Made by a program: the position numbers and the translations under genes. The notes beneath the pieces were generated by a model. That model made no database searches. It saw nothing but the letters and a program-made list of their open reading frames with translations, and was not told the origin of the DNA. From contig OY969696.1 in assembly GCA_963702005.1 (NCBI GenBank), positions 384,001-448,000 on the forward strand: a stretch of 64,000 nucleotides of DNA. The letters are read 5' to 3'. The stretch is from Candidatus Aminicenantes bacterium (GTDB lineage Bacteria; Acidobacteriota; Aminicenantia; Aminicenantales; JAFGBC01). Of this stretch, positions 37,946-46,526 are shown one piece after another (position 1 is the first letter of the stretch; the number at the start of each line of letters is the position of its first letter).

Positions 37946-39415
37946 ATGTGCGGCGTCCTCGGGATCATCGGCAACGGCGACGTCTTCCGCGACCTCTATC
38001 AGGGGCTGCTGGCCGTCCAGCACCGGGGCCAGGACGCGGCCGGGATCATCACCTACGACGGCCGCTTCCACACCAAAAAAGGGACGGGCCTCGTCCAGGA
38101 CATTTTCACCCCGGACGCCCTTGTTCATCTCCGCGGCTCGGTCGGAATCGGCCAGACCCGCTATCCCACGGTCGGCGGCGGAAGCGGCGAGGACGCCCAG
38201 CCCTTCCAGGTAAACTCCCCCTACGGCATCATCATGGCCCACAACGGGAACGTCGTGAACTACCGTGAGCTTAAAAAAGAGCTCTTCGCCACATTCCACC
38301 GGCTCCTGAACTCGGACTGCGACCTCGAGGTCATCCTCAACATCTTCGCCCAGAAGCTGGCCCAGCACCGAGTCGAGAGGCTGAGTCCCGAGCACGTCTT
38401 CCGGGCCGTCCAGGGCGTCTACGCCAAGGTCAAGGGCGCCTACTCCGTCATCGCCTACATCGCCGAGCAGGGGATGGTCGCCTTCCGCGACCCCTACGGA
38501 ATCAAGCCCCTCGTCTACGGCCGGCGCAAGGACGGGATTCTCGATTCCTTCGCCTTCGCCTCGGAGACGGTCTCCCTCAACATCATGAACTTCGAGGACA
38601 TTCATTCGCTCGAGGCCGGCCAGGCCGTCTTTATCGACCAGAACCGGTCCGTCCACGCCCGCCGGCTCGTCCGCTGCCCCCACTCGCCCTGCTTGTTCGA
38701 ATGGGTCTATTTCGCCCGGCCCGATTCCTATATCGACGACGTCAACGTCTACGACTGCCGGGTCAACCTGGGCCGTTTCCTGGCCGAGGAGATCCGCAAG
38801 CAGAACTTGGCCATCGACATCGTCGTCCCCGTTCCCGATTCGGCCCGGGACGCGGCCATCGAGATCGCCCGCACCCTCAACCTCAAATACCGCGAAGCCC
38901 TGGTCAAGAATCGCTACATCGGCCGGACCTTCATCATGCCGGCCGATCAAAAAAGGAAATCGACGGTCCGCCAGAAGCTCAACCCGATCGCCTCCGAGTT
39001 CAAGGACCGCAACGTCCTCCTCGTCGACGACAGCATCGTCCGCGGCAACACCTCCAAGGCCATCGTCCAGATGGTCCGCGAATGCGGCGCCAAGAAGGTC
39101 TACTTCGCCTCCTACTCGCCGCCGCTCCGCTTCCCCTGCGTCTACGGAATCGACATGCAGACGACTCGAGAGTTCGTAGCCCGGGACTCGGATACCGAGG
39201 AGATCGCCCGCAAGATCGGGGTCGACAAGGTCATCTACCAATCCCTGGAGTCCTTAAAGAAGGCCGTCCGGCTCGGGAATCCCAAGCTGGCCCAGTTCTG
39301 CGGCGCCTGCTTCGACGGCGTCTATCCGACGGGCGACGTCACCCCCGAGATCCTCAAGGAGATCGAGGAGGAACGGAAGGAACACCAGGACCGACAGCTC
39401 GAGCTCGACATTTAA
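37946..39415 (+). CDS. purF: amidophosphoribosyltransferase
   Basis: MCG start, QHRGQDAAG, HNGN, C.FE.VYFARPDS, VDDSIVRGNT. Confidence 0.97.
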   Translation: MCGVLGIIGNGDVFRDLYQGLLAVQHRGQDAAGIITYDGRFHTKKGTGLVQDIFTPDALVHLRGSVGIGQTRYPTVGGGSGEDAQPFQVNSPYGIIMAHNGNVVNYRELKKELFATFHRLLNSDCDLEVILNIFAQKLAQHRVERLSPEHVFRAVQGVYAKVKGAYSVIAYIAEQGMVAFRDPYGIKPLVYGRRKDGILDSFAFASETVSLNIMNFEDIHSLEAGQAVFIDQNRSVHARRLVRCPHSPCLFEWVYFARPDSYIDDVNVYDCRVNLGRFLAEEIRKQNLAIDIVVPVPDSARDAAIEIARTLNLKYREALVKNRYIGRTFIMPADQKRKSTVRQKLNPIASEFKDRNVLLVDDSIVRGNTSKAIVQMVRECGAKKVYFASYSPPLRFPCVYGIDMQTTREFVARDSDTEEIARKIGVDKVIYQSLESLKKAVRLGNPKLAQFCGACFDGVYPTGDVTPEILKEIEEERKEHQDRQLELDI

Positions 39416-39441
39416 GCCCGGCGCGGACATATTCCGCCCTT

Positions 39442-39681
39442 GTCAACCCCTCGACACTCATACTAAGCCGTTTTCGGCTTAGTATGAGTGCTGCAAGACT
39501 GCTCCCCGGCAGAAGCTCCACAGGCTTTCGTCCGTGGAGCTTCTGCCCTGAGCCCACTCAGCCCCATCCCGTCCAAAAGGGCTGAGTACAAAAGTGTCGC
39601 TTCCCGTCCCCGCCTTGAAAGGCGGGGCTCCGATTTTTAGCCCCGCCTTTCAAGGCGGGGTAGCGTCGGCGAACGGGTCAA
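39442..39681 (+). repeat. modular palindromic element, copy C (longest)
   Basis: Same ends as copies A and D; perfect 16-bp stem at 39455-39490, 14-bp stem at 39508-39547, CACTCA..TGAGTAC stem, inverted doublet of CCCCGCCTTGAAAGGCGGGG. Confidence 0.88.
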
Positions 39682-39714
39682 GAGGGGTTCCCTTTATATT
39701 ATCCGGAATTATCT

Positions 39715-39745
39715 TGAAACTCTAAGACCGAATGTGGCATCTAAT
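39715..39745 (+). promoter_or_regulatory. putative ECF sigma promoter 1
   Basis: TGAAAC-N15-GGCATCTAAT, repeated with identical spacing at 40590. Confidence 0.75.
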
Positions 39746-39762
39746 AGGGAGAGGATTGAACC

Positions 39763-40365
39763 GTGCCGAGCCCTGTTCCCGAAGAGCGGCTGATCGCGAG
39801 CGCCCGGAGCGGCGACCGGGACGCATTTGACGAGCTCTTCCGTCGCGAGCGGCCCTATGTATTCAACTTGATGTGTCAGCTCACCGGAGACGCGGCCCGG
39901 GCGGATGACCTGGCCCAGGAGGCCGTCATCGCGGCCTTTCGCAAGCTCGGCCAGTTCCGGTCCGAATCGAGCTTCCGCACCTGGCTCAGCCGGATCGCCA
40001 TCAATCTATTCCGGATGGAGCGCCGCAAAGCGCCCCGGCACGAATCGCTGACCTTGGAGACAATCTGGCTCCCCGGGGATGATGATCACCCCGAGCGCAG
40101 GATCATTAAGAGCGAGCTCCAATGGTGCATTCGCCACAGCCTCCGCCATCATCTTCCCCGCAAATACCGGATCGTGCTGATCCTGCGCGACCTTCAGAAC
40201 CTGAGCTATCGGGAGATCGCCGACATCCTGGGCTGCAGCTTGGGCCGGGTGAAAACCGACCTTCACCGCGGCCGCAAACTGTTCAGGGATCAGTTTGTCA
40301 AGGAGAAATGCCGGGCGTTTGCCGACGACTATCTATGCATCTGCGAGGGGATCGTAGACCTATGA
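39763..40365 (+). CDS. ECF sigma factor with Cys-containing C-terminal extension
   Basis: DDLAQE, SSFRTWL.RIAIN, LSYREIA.ILG....VKT.LHR.R; tail KC..FADDYLCICEG. Confidence 0.92.
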   Translation: MPSPVPEERLIASARSGDRDAFDELFRRERPYVFNLMCQLTGDAARADDLAQEAVIAAFRKLGQFRSESSFRTWLSRIAINLFRMERRKAPRHESLTLETIWLPGDDDHPERRIIKSELQWCIRHSLRHHLPRKYRIVLILRDLQNLSYREIADILGCSLGRVKTDLHRGRKLFRDQFVKEKCRAFADDYLCICEGIVDL

Positions 40366-40565
40366 ACTGCAGGCGCGCCAGGTCGCTTTTCTCGGAATAC
40401 CATGACGGCATGCTGAAACCCGGCCTCAGAACAGAGGTCGGAGGGCATCTGGCCGGATGCCCCGGCTGTCGGGGGGAGTTCGAGCGCTTCGAAAAGGGGA
40501 TTAAGTTATTAAAAAAACTGAAGCCCCTCGGCCGGCCGCGGCCCGGCCGCGCAAACCGGCCCTGA
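40362..40565 (+). CDS. small zinc-finger (zf-HC2/ZAS) anti-sigma factor
   Basis: MNC......SEY.DG.L.......HLAGCPGC; ATGA overlap with the sigma gene; 67 aa, no TM. Confidence 0.82.
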   Translation: MNCRRARSLFSEYHDGMLKPGLRTEVGGHLAGCPGCRGEFERFEKGIKLLKKLKPLGRPRPGRANRP

Positions 40566-40589
40566 GTCCGGAACGGCCGGCCCCTGTCA

Positions 40590-40620
40590 TGAAACTTTTA
40601 ACGGGCCGCCGGCATCTAAT
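40590..40620 (+). promoter_or_regulatory. putative ECF sigma promoter 2
   Basis: TGAAAC-N15-GGCATCTAAT. Confidence 0.75.
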
Positions 40621-40649
40621 TGATGAAAGACCAAAGAAGCGGAGATGCC

Positions 40650-41591
40650 ATGACCATAGACCTGATGGCTGAGCTAAGCAAGCACGGCTTTCAAGGCCGG
40701 ATGATAGCGGTCGATCGCCTGAAGGAAGCGCGGGAGGATATATCAGAGAAGCGCGCCCGGGGAGATTTCAACGAAGAATTCTTCCGGGAAGAGCTCGAGT
40801 ATTTCCGGTTCAAACCGCCCGCGCCCCTCGGGAAAACTAAAACCCTTGTCCTGGCCGCCTATCCCCAGCCTCAGGTTCGCCTGACCTTCCACTCGCGGGG
40901 AAAGTCGCGGCCAATCTTCATCCCCCCCACCTATTCGCACGATTCGGACAGGGTTTTAAAGAACCTGCTTCAGCGCCTTTTAAAACCCCTGGGATATCGA
41001 GTCGCCGGGGCGGCCCTGCCTCTCAAACTGCTGGCCGTGCGGAGCGGGCTGGCCGCTTACGGAAGAAATAATATCAGCTATCTCAACGGTTCGGGGAGTT
41101 TCCACCGCTTAGCGGCCTTTTTCACGGATTATCCCGCCGGGGACGAGGGGAGCTGGGGAAAACCGAAAATGATGGATGCCTGCCGGAAATGTTCGGCCTG
41201 CCTGCGCGGCTGCCCGACCGGAGCCATCGACCCCGACCGGTTCCTGCTGCGTGCCGAACGCTGCCTGACCTTCCTCAACGAACGCCCGGAGCCATTTCCT
41301 TCTTGGGTCGACCCGGCCTGGCACCATCGCCTCTTCGGATGCATGCGCTGCCAGAGCGTCTGCCCCCAGAACCGCCGGGTTCTAAGTTGGACCGAGGACG
41401 GGGAGAGCATTTCTGAAGACGAACTGAAAGGGCTCCTGAGGGGCGTTCCTTTCAGCCGGATTCCGTCGTCGCTAAGGCGAAAATTCGCCCGGTTCAGCTG
41501 GACGGCCAAAGACTACGGGATGTTGCCGCGCAACATCAAGGCCGTCTTGGCGAATTCCGGGCAAGGGGCCGTGAATCGGGGCAAGCCGTGA
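40650..41591 (+). CDS. 4Fe-4S double-cluster protein, epoxyqueuosine reductase (QueG)-like
   Basis: K.LAVRSGLA.YGRNN, CRKCSACLRGCPTGAI, RCLTF, GCMRCQSVCP.N. Confidence 0.75.
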   Translation: MTIDLMAELSKHGFQGRMIAVDRLKEAREDISEKRARGDFNEEFFREELEYFRFKPPAPLGKTKTLVLAAYPQPQVRLTFHSRGKSRPIFIPPTYSHDSDRVLKNLLQRLLKPLGYRVAGAALPLKLLAVRSGLAAYGRNNISYLNGSGSFHRLAAFFTDYPAGDEGSWGKPKMMDACRKCSACLRGCPTGAIDPDRFLLRAERCLTFLNERPEPFPSWVDPAWHHRLFGCMRCQSVCPQNRRVLSWTEDGESISEDELKGLLRGVPFSRIPSSLRRKFARFSWTAKDYGMLPRNIKAVLANSGQGAVNRGKP

Positions 41592-41938
41592 TCATGCGGG
41601 TCTGGCACGGAGTGACGCCGGAGGAAAAGGGCGACGCCTATTATGCTTATATCCTGGAGACCGGCGTTAAGTTCTATCGATCCCAAAAGGGAAACCGGGG
41701 ACAGTTCGTCCTAAGGCGGGACCGGGAAGGGAAGGCGGACTTCCTGCTTCTCTCACTCTGGGATTCCCGGGAAGCCATCCGAGCCTTCGCCGGCCCCGAC
41801 ATCGACAAGGCCGTATATCTATTCTCGCGGGACGCGGAATTCCTCCTCGAATTGGAGCCGGATGTCCGGCATTACGAGGTCTTGACGGGACCGAGTATCG
41901 AACGGAAATTATCCTGCGGGTTGTTTCACCCGGTCTGA
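41588..41938 (+). CDS. antibiotic biosynthesis monooxygenase (ABM)-like protein
   Basis: MI.R.WHG, GNRG, SLWDS.EAI.AFAG.D..KAV, V.HYEV. Confidence 0.78.
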   Translation: MIMRVWHGVTPEEKGDAYYAYILETGVKFYRSQKGNRGQFVLRRDREGKADFLLLSLWDSREAIRAFAGPDIDKAVYLFSRDAEFLLELEPDVRHYEVLTGPSIERKLSCGLFHPV

Positions 41939-42880
41939 CTCATCACGGGCCCGCCGGTCCTCGAGAAGGTCGCGGAGCGTCCGCCCCAGAGGGATGCGCG
42001 GCTCCCAGCCCGTCTCATTGCGGATTTTTTCGCTGTCGCCCGCCAGCGAGGGGATGTCGGCCTTGCGGAATTTGGCCGGGTCCGGCTCGACCTTGATCGG
42101 ACATGCGGCGTGGGCCAGCAGGCTGTCGAGGATCCAGCGCAACGACACGGCGTGCCCCGACGCGACGTTGTAGACCTCGCCCGACCGCCCCTTGTCGAGG
42201 AGTCCCTGGTAGGCGCGGACGACATCGCGGACGTCCAGGAAGTCCCGCTCGACCTCGACGTTCCCGACCTTGATGACGGCCGGCGCTCCGCTCCGCTCGA
42301 TCCGGGCGATCTGGGAGGCCCAGTCCGAGCAGACGAAATCCGGGCTCTGGCCCGGGCCGGTGTGGGGAAAAGGCCTGGCGACGACGACGTCCAGCCGCTC
42401 GATCCGTGCGTAGAAGCCGGCCAGAACCTCGCCGCAGACTTTCGTGAAGGCGTAGGGGCTGACGGCCTGGGTCGGATGGTCCTCGCGGAGCCTTACCTCC
42501 CGAAGGCCGTGAAGGCCGTAGACGTCGGAGGAGCTGACGACGAGGACCCTTGACTCGGGCGCTTCGCGCCGGACGGCTTCCAGGAGGTTGTACGTCCCCA
42601 TCAAGTTCGTCTCGAGCGTCTCCGTCCGCTTCTCCCAAGACTGCTGAACGTTGGACAGGGCCGCCAAATGAAAGACGCGGCGCGGCCGGACGTCCTTGAC
42701 GGCCTGCCGGACGTCGGACTCGCGGCGGAGGTCCAGGAAGAAAACCTTATCCGCTTCCCGCGGGCGGTCCGGGTAGGAGGTCCCGACGACCTCCCATCCC
42801 TCAGCCTCAAGGAGCGCGCGGAGATGGCGGCCGACGAAACCCGTCAGTCCGGTCACGAAGGCCCGCTTGGTTTCGTCCAC
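41909..42880 (-). CDS. GDP-sugar dehydratase/reductase (Rmd/Gmd-like SDR)
   Basis: TG.TGFVG, HLAA.S.V, PYA.TK, HTGPGQ; probable GTG start. Confidence 0.85.
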   Translation of the reverse strand: MDETKRAFVTGLTGFVGRHLRALLEAEGWEVVGTSYPDRPREADKVFFLDLRRESDVRQAVKDVRPRRVFHLAALSNVQQSWEKRTETLETNLMGTYNLLEAVRREAPESRVLVVSSSDVYGLHGLREVRLREDHPTQAVSPYAFTKVCGEVLAGFYARIERLDVVVARPFPHTGPGQSPDFVCSDWASQIARIERSGAPAVIKVGNVEVERDFLDVRDVVRAYQGLLDKGRSGEVYNVASGHAVSLRWILDSLLAHAACPIKVEPDPAKFRKADIPSLAGDSEKIRNETGWEPRIPLGRTLRDLLEDRRARDESDRVKQPAG

Positions 42881-42909
42881 GATCGCTCCGGCCCCTCCGC
42901 CGGCACGGG

Positions 42910-43866
42910 TCAGACCCGGGCCCTCCAGTAGTCGAGAAGGTCGGCCATCGTCCGCTGGAAGGGGATGCGGGGCTCCCAACCGGTCAGCTTGTGGAATTTG
43001 CTGCAGTCGGAGAGGAGGATCGGGACGTCGGACGGCCTGAGCCGCTCGGGGTCGACTTCGACCCGGACCTTGACCTTGCTCAAGGCCAGGAGCGTGTCGA
43101 GAACTTCCTTCATGGCGTAGGCCCGGCCCGTCCCGATATTATAAACGTCGCCCGGCTCGCCCTTCTCGAGGGCCAGCCAGTAAGCGCCGACGATGTCGCG
43201 GACGTCGCTGAAGTCGCGCTTGGCCTCGAGGTTCCCGACCCGGATGACGGGTTCTCGTTTGCCATCTTCGACCTCGGCGACCTGTTTGGCGAAATTCGAG
43301 GTCACGAACACCTCTCCCCGGCGCGGGCCGGTATGATTGAACCCCCGCGTCCGGACCGTATGGAGGCCGTAGCTCTTATGGTACTGGTAGGCGAGGAGGT
43401 CCTGAGCGACCTTGCTGACCGCGTAGGGGCTGAGGGGGCGGAGCGGGTTGGTCTCCTTCATCGGAATCTCGTCGGGATAGACCTGGCCGTACTCCTCGCT
43501 CGAGCCGGCGATCTGGATGCGGGCCTGCAGTTTGAGGGACAGGACGGATTCGAACAAATGGATTTCACCCAGCGCGTTGATGGCGAAGGTCTCGGCCGGA
43601 AGCTTCCAGGAAGAAGGGACGAAGCTCTGGGCGGCCAGATGGAAAATCCGGTCGGGCCGGACCTGGTCCAGGACCGTTCTCAGCGATATGGCATCCTTGA
43701 TGTCGCCGTCCTTGAGGACGATCTTGTCCAGGATGCCCCGGATATTGTCCATGCGGCTCCGCCAGCGGACGAGGCCGTAGACCTCGACGCCGGGGTGCTC
43801 GGCCAGGATGTACTCCGCGAGATGGCTTCCGGCGAAGCCGGTGATGCCCGTGATCAGGACTCTCAT
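42910..43866 (-). CDS. GDP-mannose 4,6-dehydratase family protein
   Basis: GITGFAG, HLAAQSFV, SPYAVSK, FNHTGPRRG, RPSDV. Confidence 0.88.
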   Translation of the reverse strand: MRVLITGITGFAGSHLAEYILAEHPGVEVYGLVRWRSRMDNIRGILDKIVLKDGDIKDAISLRTVLDQVRPDRIFHLAAQSFVPSSWKLPAETFAINALGEIHLFESVLSLKLQARIQIAGSSEEYGQVYPDEIPMKETNPLRPLSPYAVSKVAQDLLAYQYHKSYGLHTVRTRGFNHTGPRRGEVFVTSNFAKQVAEVEDGKREPVIRVGNLEAKRDFSDVRDIVGAYWLALEKGEPGDVYNIGTGRAYAMKEVLDTLLALSKVKVRVEVDPERLRPSDVPILLSDCSKFHKLTGWEPRIPFQRTMADLLDYWRARV

Positions 43867-43916
43867 TCAACCTCCTTCGTTCCGTTCGAACGCCGCGGGA
43901 CGGGGCGGTCCTCCCT

Positions 43917-44978
43917 CTAACGGCGATCCTTGTAATACGTGTCGTAGAACGACTTGAACTCCCGGCTCTTCTCCTTGATGGCTTTCCACCAGGCCGGATG
44001 GGCCTCGTACCAGCGGACGGTCGCGGCCAGCCCGTCCTCGAACGGGATTTCGGGCCGCCAGCCGAGCCCGCGGATCCGGCCACAGTCAAGGGCATAGCGC
44101 CGGTCGTGGCCGGGCCGGTCGGGGACGGTCTTGATCAGGTTCTCGGGCCGTCCGAGAAGGGCCACGATCCGGCGGGCGACCTCGATGTTGGGGACCTCGT
44201 TGTTGGCGGCGACGTTGAAGACTTCGCCGGGGAGGCCGCGCCGCAAGACGGCGTCGATCGCCCGGCAGTGGTCCTCGACGTGGAGCCAGTCCCTGACCTG
44301 GCGGCCGTCCCCGTAGAGGGGCAGAGTCAAGCCTTCCAGGGCATGGGTCGCGAACAGGGGAATGAACTTTTCGGGATATTGGAAGGGGCCGTAGTTGTTG
44401 CTCGGCCTGAGGATGACGATGGGCGAACCGTAGGTGACGTAATAGGCGCGGGCCAGCCGGTCGGCGCCGGCCTTGCTGGCCGAGTAGGGCGAAGAGGGTT
44501 CGAGCCGGTCCTCCTCCGAGAAAAAGCCTTCGGGACGGCTTCCGTAGACCTCGTCGGTCGAAACGTGGAGGAAGATTTCGACCTGGCGGGCTTGGCGCAG
44601 GGCTTCGAAAAGGACGAAGCTGCCGTAAACGTCGGTCAGGACGAACTCGCCGGCGTCGAGGATGGAACGGTCGACGTGGGTCTCGGCGGCCAGGTGGACG
44701 ACGCCCCAGACGCGGGGAACGATGGTCCGGACCAAATCCCGGTCCCGGATGTCGCCCTGGATAAACTCGTAACGGGGATTCGTCTCGACGTCCCGTAGGT
44801 TCTCGAGGTTCCCGGCGTAGGTCAACTTATCGAGGTTGACGATCCTGAGCTCCGGATAGCGGGTCAGCAGCCATCGGATGAGATTGCTGCCGATGAAGCC
44901 GGCCCCGCCCGTGACGAGAAGGGTCCGTCCCTCCAGCCTCCGTTCGGGGCGGACAGGACGGCCGTCCGCCTCAGCCAT
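43917..44978 (-). CDS. rfbB: dTDP-glucose 4,6-dehydratase
   Basis: GGAGFIGSN, DKLTYAGN, AAETHVDRSI, STDEVYG, DRPGHDRRY. Confidence 0.95.
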   Translation of the reverse strand: MAEADGRPVRPERRLEGRTLLVTGGAGFIGSNLIRWLLTRYPELRIVNLDKLTYAGNLENLRDVETNPRYEFIQGDIRDRDLVRTIVPRVWGVVHLAAETHVDRSILDAGEFVLTDVYGSFVLFEALRQARQVEIFLHVSTDEVYGSRPEGFFSEEDRLEPSSPYSASKAGADRLARAYYVTYGSPIVILRPSNNYGPFQYPEKFIPLFATHALEGLTLPLYGDGRQVRDWLHVEDHCRAIDAVLRRGLPGEVFNVAANNEVPNIEVARRIVALLGRPENLIKTVPDRPGHDRRYALDCGRIRGLGWRPEIPFEDGLAATVRWYEAHPAWWKAIKEKSREFKSFYDTYYKDRR

Positions 44979-45426
44979 CTTTGCGCCTCCATTCGTAGGG
45001 GATGGGGCTGTCGTGGGGGTCGAGCCGCTGTTCGTCGGGATGCTCGCGGTCGTAGGGTTCGGTCGGGACGTTGACGATGACGGCCTCATCGGGGCTGACG
45101 CACATCCAGCCGTGCCAGATCCCGGCCGGGATCTGGACGAGGATGGGGTGATGGACGCCCAGGTAGAACTGGGCGAGCTCGCCCTGGCTGCGCGATCCCT
45201 CGCGGCCGTCGTAGAGCGCCAGCTTGATCATGCCCGCGACGCAGGCGATATTGTCCGTTTGCTTTTCGTGTTTGTGCCAGGCTTTGACGACCTGGGGCAG
45301 AGTCGTCGTCACATAGACCTGGCCAAAGGCGCCGAACAGCTCGTCGTCCCGGCGCAGAATCTCCATGAGCCGCCCCCGTTCGTCCGGGACGACCTTGAGT
45401 GCCTTGACCTTGACGCCGTCGATCAT
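44971..45426 (-). CDS. rfbC: dTDP-4-dehydrorhamnose 3,5-epimerase family protein
   Basis: DERG, KAWH.H..Q.D, IP.G.WHG. Confidence 0.88.
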   Translation of the reverse strand: MIDGVKVKALKVVPDERGRLMEILRRDDELFGAFGQVYVTTTLPQVVKAWHKHEKQTDNIACVAGMIKLALYDGREGSRSQGELAQFYLGVHHPILVQIPAGIWHGWMCVSPDEAVIVNVPTEPYDREHPDEQRLDPHDSPIPYEWRRKDG

Positions 45427-45460
45427 GCCCCTCTCCTTTCTTTCGCTCTCCGGGCCGCCC

Positions 45461-46525
45461 CTACTTGATGCCGATCTCGCTCTTGTCCCCGACCATGAAC
45501 CGGTAGGCCGAGGGCTGGGGCGGGCACTTGTAGATCCGAACCTCGCGGCCGATCAGGCTCTGGTCGATCCGGCTTCCGACGTCGAGGATCTCGCTCCCCT
45601 CGAGGATGATGCTGTGTTCGACCTCGGTCCGGACGATCCGGCAGCCGCGCTGGATGGCCGTGAACGGCCCCACGTAGGATTCGGCGATCTCGGTCCCGGC
45701 GCCGATGATGGCCGGGCCGCGGATCGTGCTGGCCCGGACCTTGACCCCGGGCTCCAGGATGACCTTGCCGCTGATCCGGGAGGCCTCGTCGACCGCGCCC
45801 TCGATCCGGGTCTCGATCGTCTCCAGGATCAGACAGTTGGCCTCGAGGATGTCCTCGATCCGCCCCGTGTCCTTCCACCAGCCCGAGACCAGGTGGGGCT
45901 GGACCTCATAGCCGTGATCGACGAGGTACTGGATGGCGTCGGTTATCTCGAGCTCGTTGCGCCAGGAAGGCTTGATGGCGTGGACGGCCTCGAAAACGTG
46001 GGGGTCGAACATGTAGACGCCGACCAGGGCCAGGTTGGACTTGGGCTTGTTGGGCTTTTCGACGAGCCGGACGACGCGGCCGTTCGAAAGCTCGGCGACG
46101 CCGAACATTTGGGGGTTGGGGACTTCGGTCAGCAGGATGAGGGCGTTGGGCTTGCGGGCCTCGAACTCCCGGACCAAGGACAGGATCCCGCTCTTGAGGA
46201 GGTTGTCGCCCAGGTACATGACGAAGGGGTCCTGCCCCAGGAAGCTCTCCGCGATCATGACGGCATGGGCCAGGCCGAGCGGCTCGTCCTGCTCGATGTA
46301 GGTCAGCCGGACGCCCCAGCGCTCGCCGGCCCCGGCCGCGTCCTTGATCTCCTGCTTGGTCTCCCCGACGATGATCCCGATCTCCTTGATCCCGGCCTCG
46401 GCCAGGGCCTCGATCCCGTAGAACAGAACCGGCTTATTGGCGACCGGGACGAGCTGCTTGGCTTGGGTGAAAGTCAGCGGCCGCAGCCGCTTCCCCTTCC
46501 CGCCGCTTAAGATAAGTCCCTTCAT
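45461..46525 (-). CDS. rfbA: glucose-1-phosphate thymidylyltransferase (long form)
   Basis: LSGGKG.RLRPLT, KQL.PVANKP, YLGDN, ELEITDA, WKDTG. Confidence 0.93.
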   Translation of the reverse strand: MKGLILSGGKGKRLRPLTFTQAKQLVPVANKPVLFYGIEALAEAGIKEIGIIVGETKQEIKDAAGAGERWGVRLTYIEQDEPLGLAHAVMIAESFLGQDPFVMYLGDNLLKSGILSLVREFEARKPNALILLTEVPNPQMFGVAELSNGRVVRLVEKPNKPKSNLALVGVYMFDPHVFEAVHAIKPSWRNELEITDAIQYLVDHGYEVQPHLVSGWWKDTGRIEDILEANCLILETIETRIEGAVDEASRISGKVILEPGVKVRASTIRGPAIIGAGTEIAESYVGPFTAIQRGCRIVRTEVEHSIILEGSEILDVGSRIDQSLIGREVRIYKCPPQPSAYRFMVGDKSEIGIK

Positions 46526-46526
46526 G

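Noticed and set aside
39442-39681. CRISPR array or tRNA
   Set aside because: No regularly spaced direct repeats with unique spacers, no cas genes, no cloverleaf or T-loop motif
40650-41591. Calling the Fe-S protein queG or a reductive dehalogenase
   Set aside because: Cys motifs fit the superfamily, but QueG-specific N-terminal motifs and RdhA Tat signal or anchor gene are not evident
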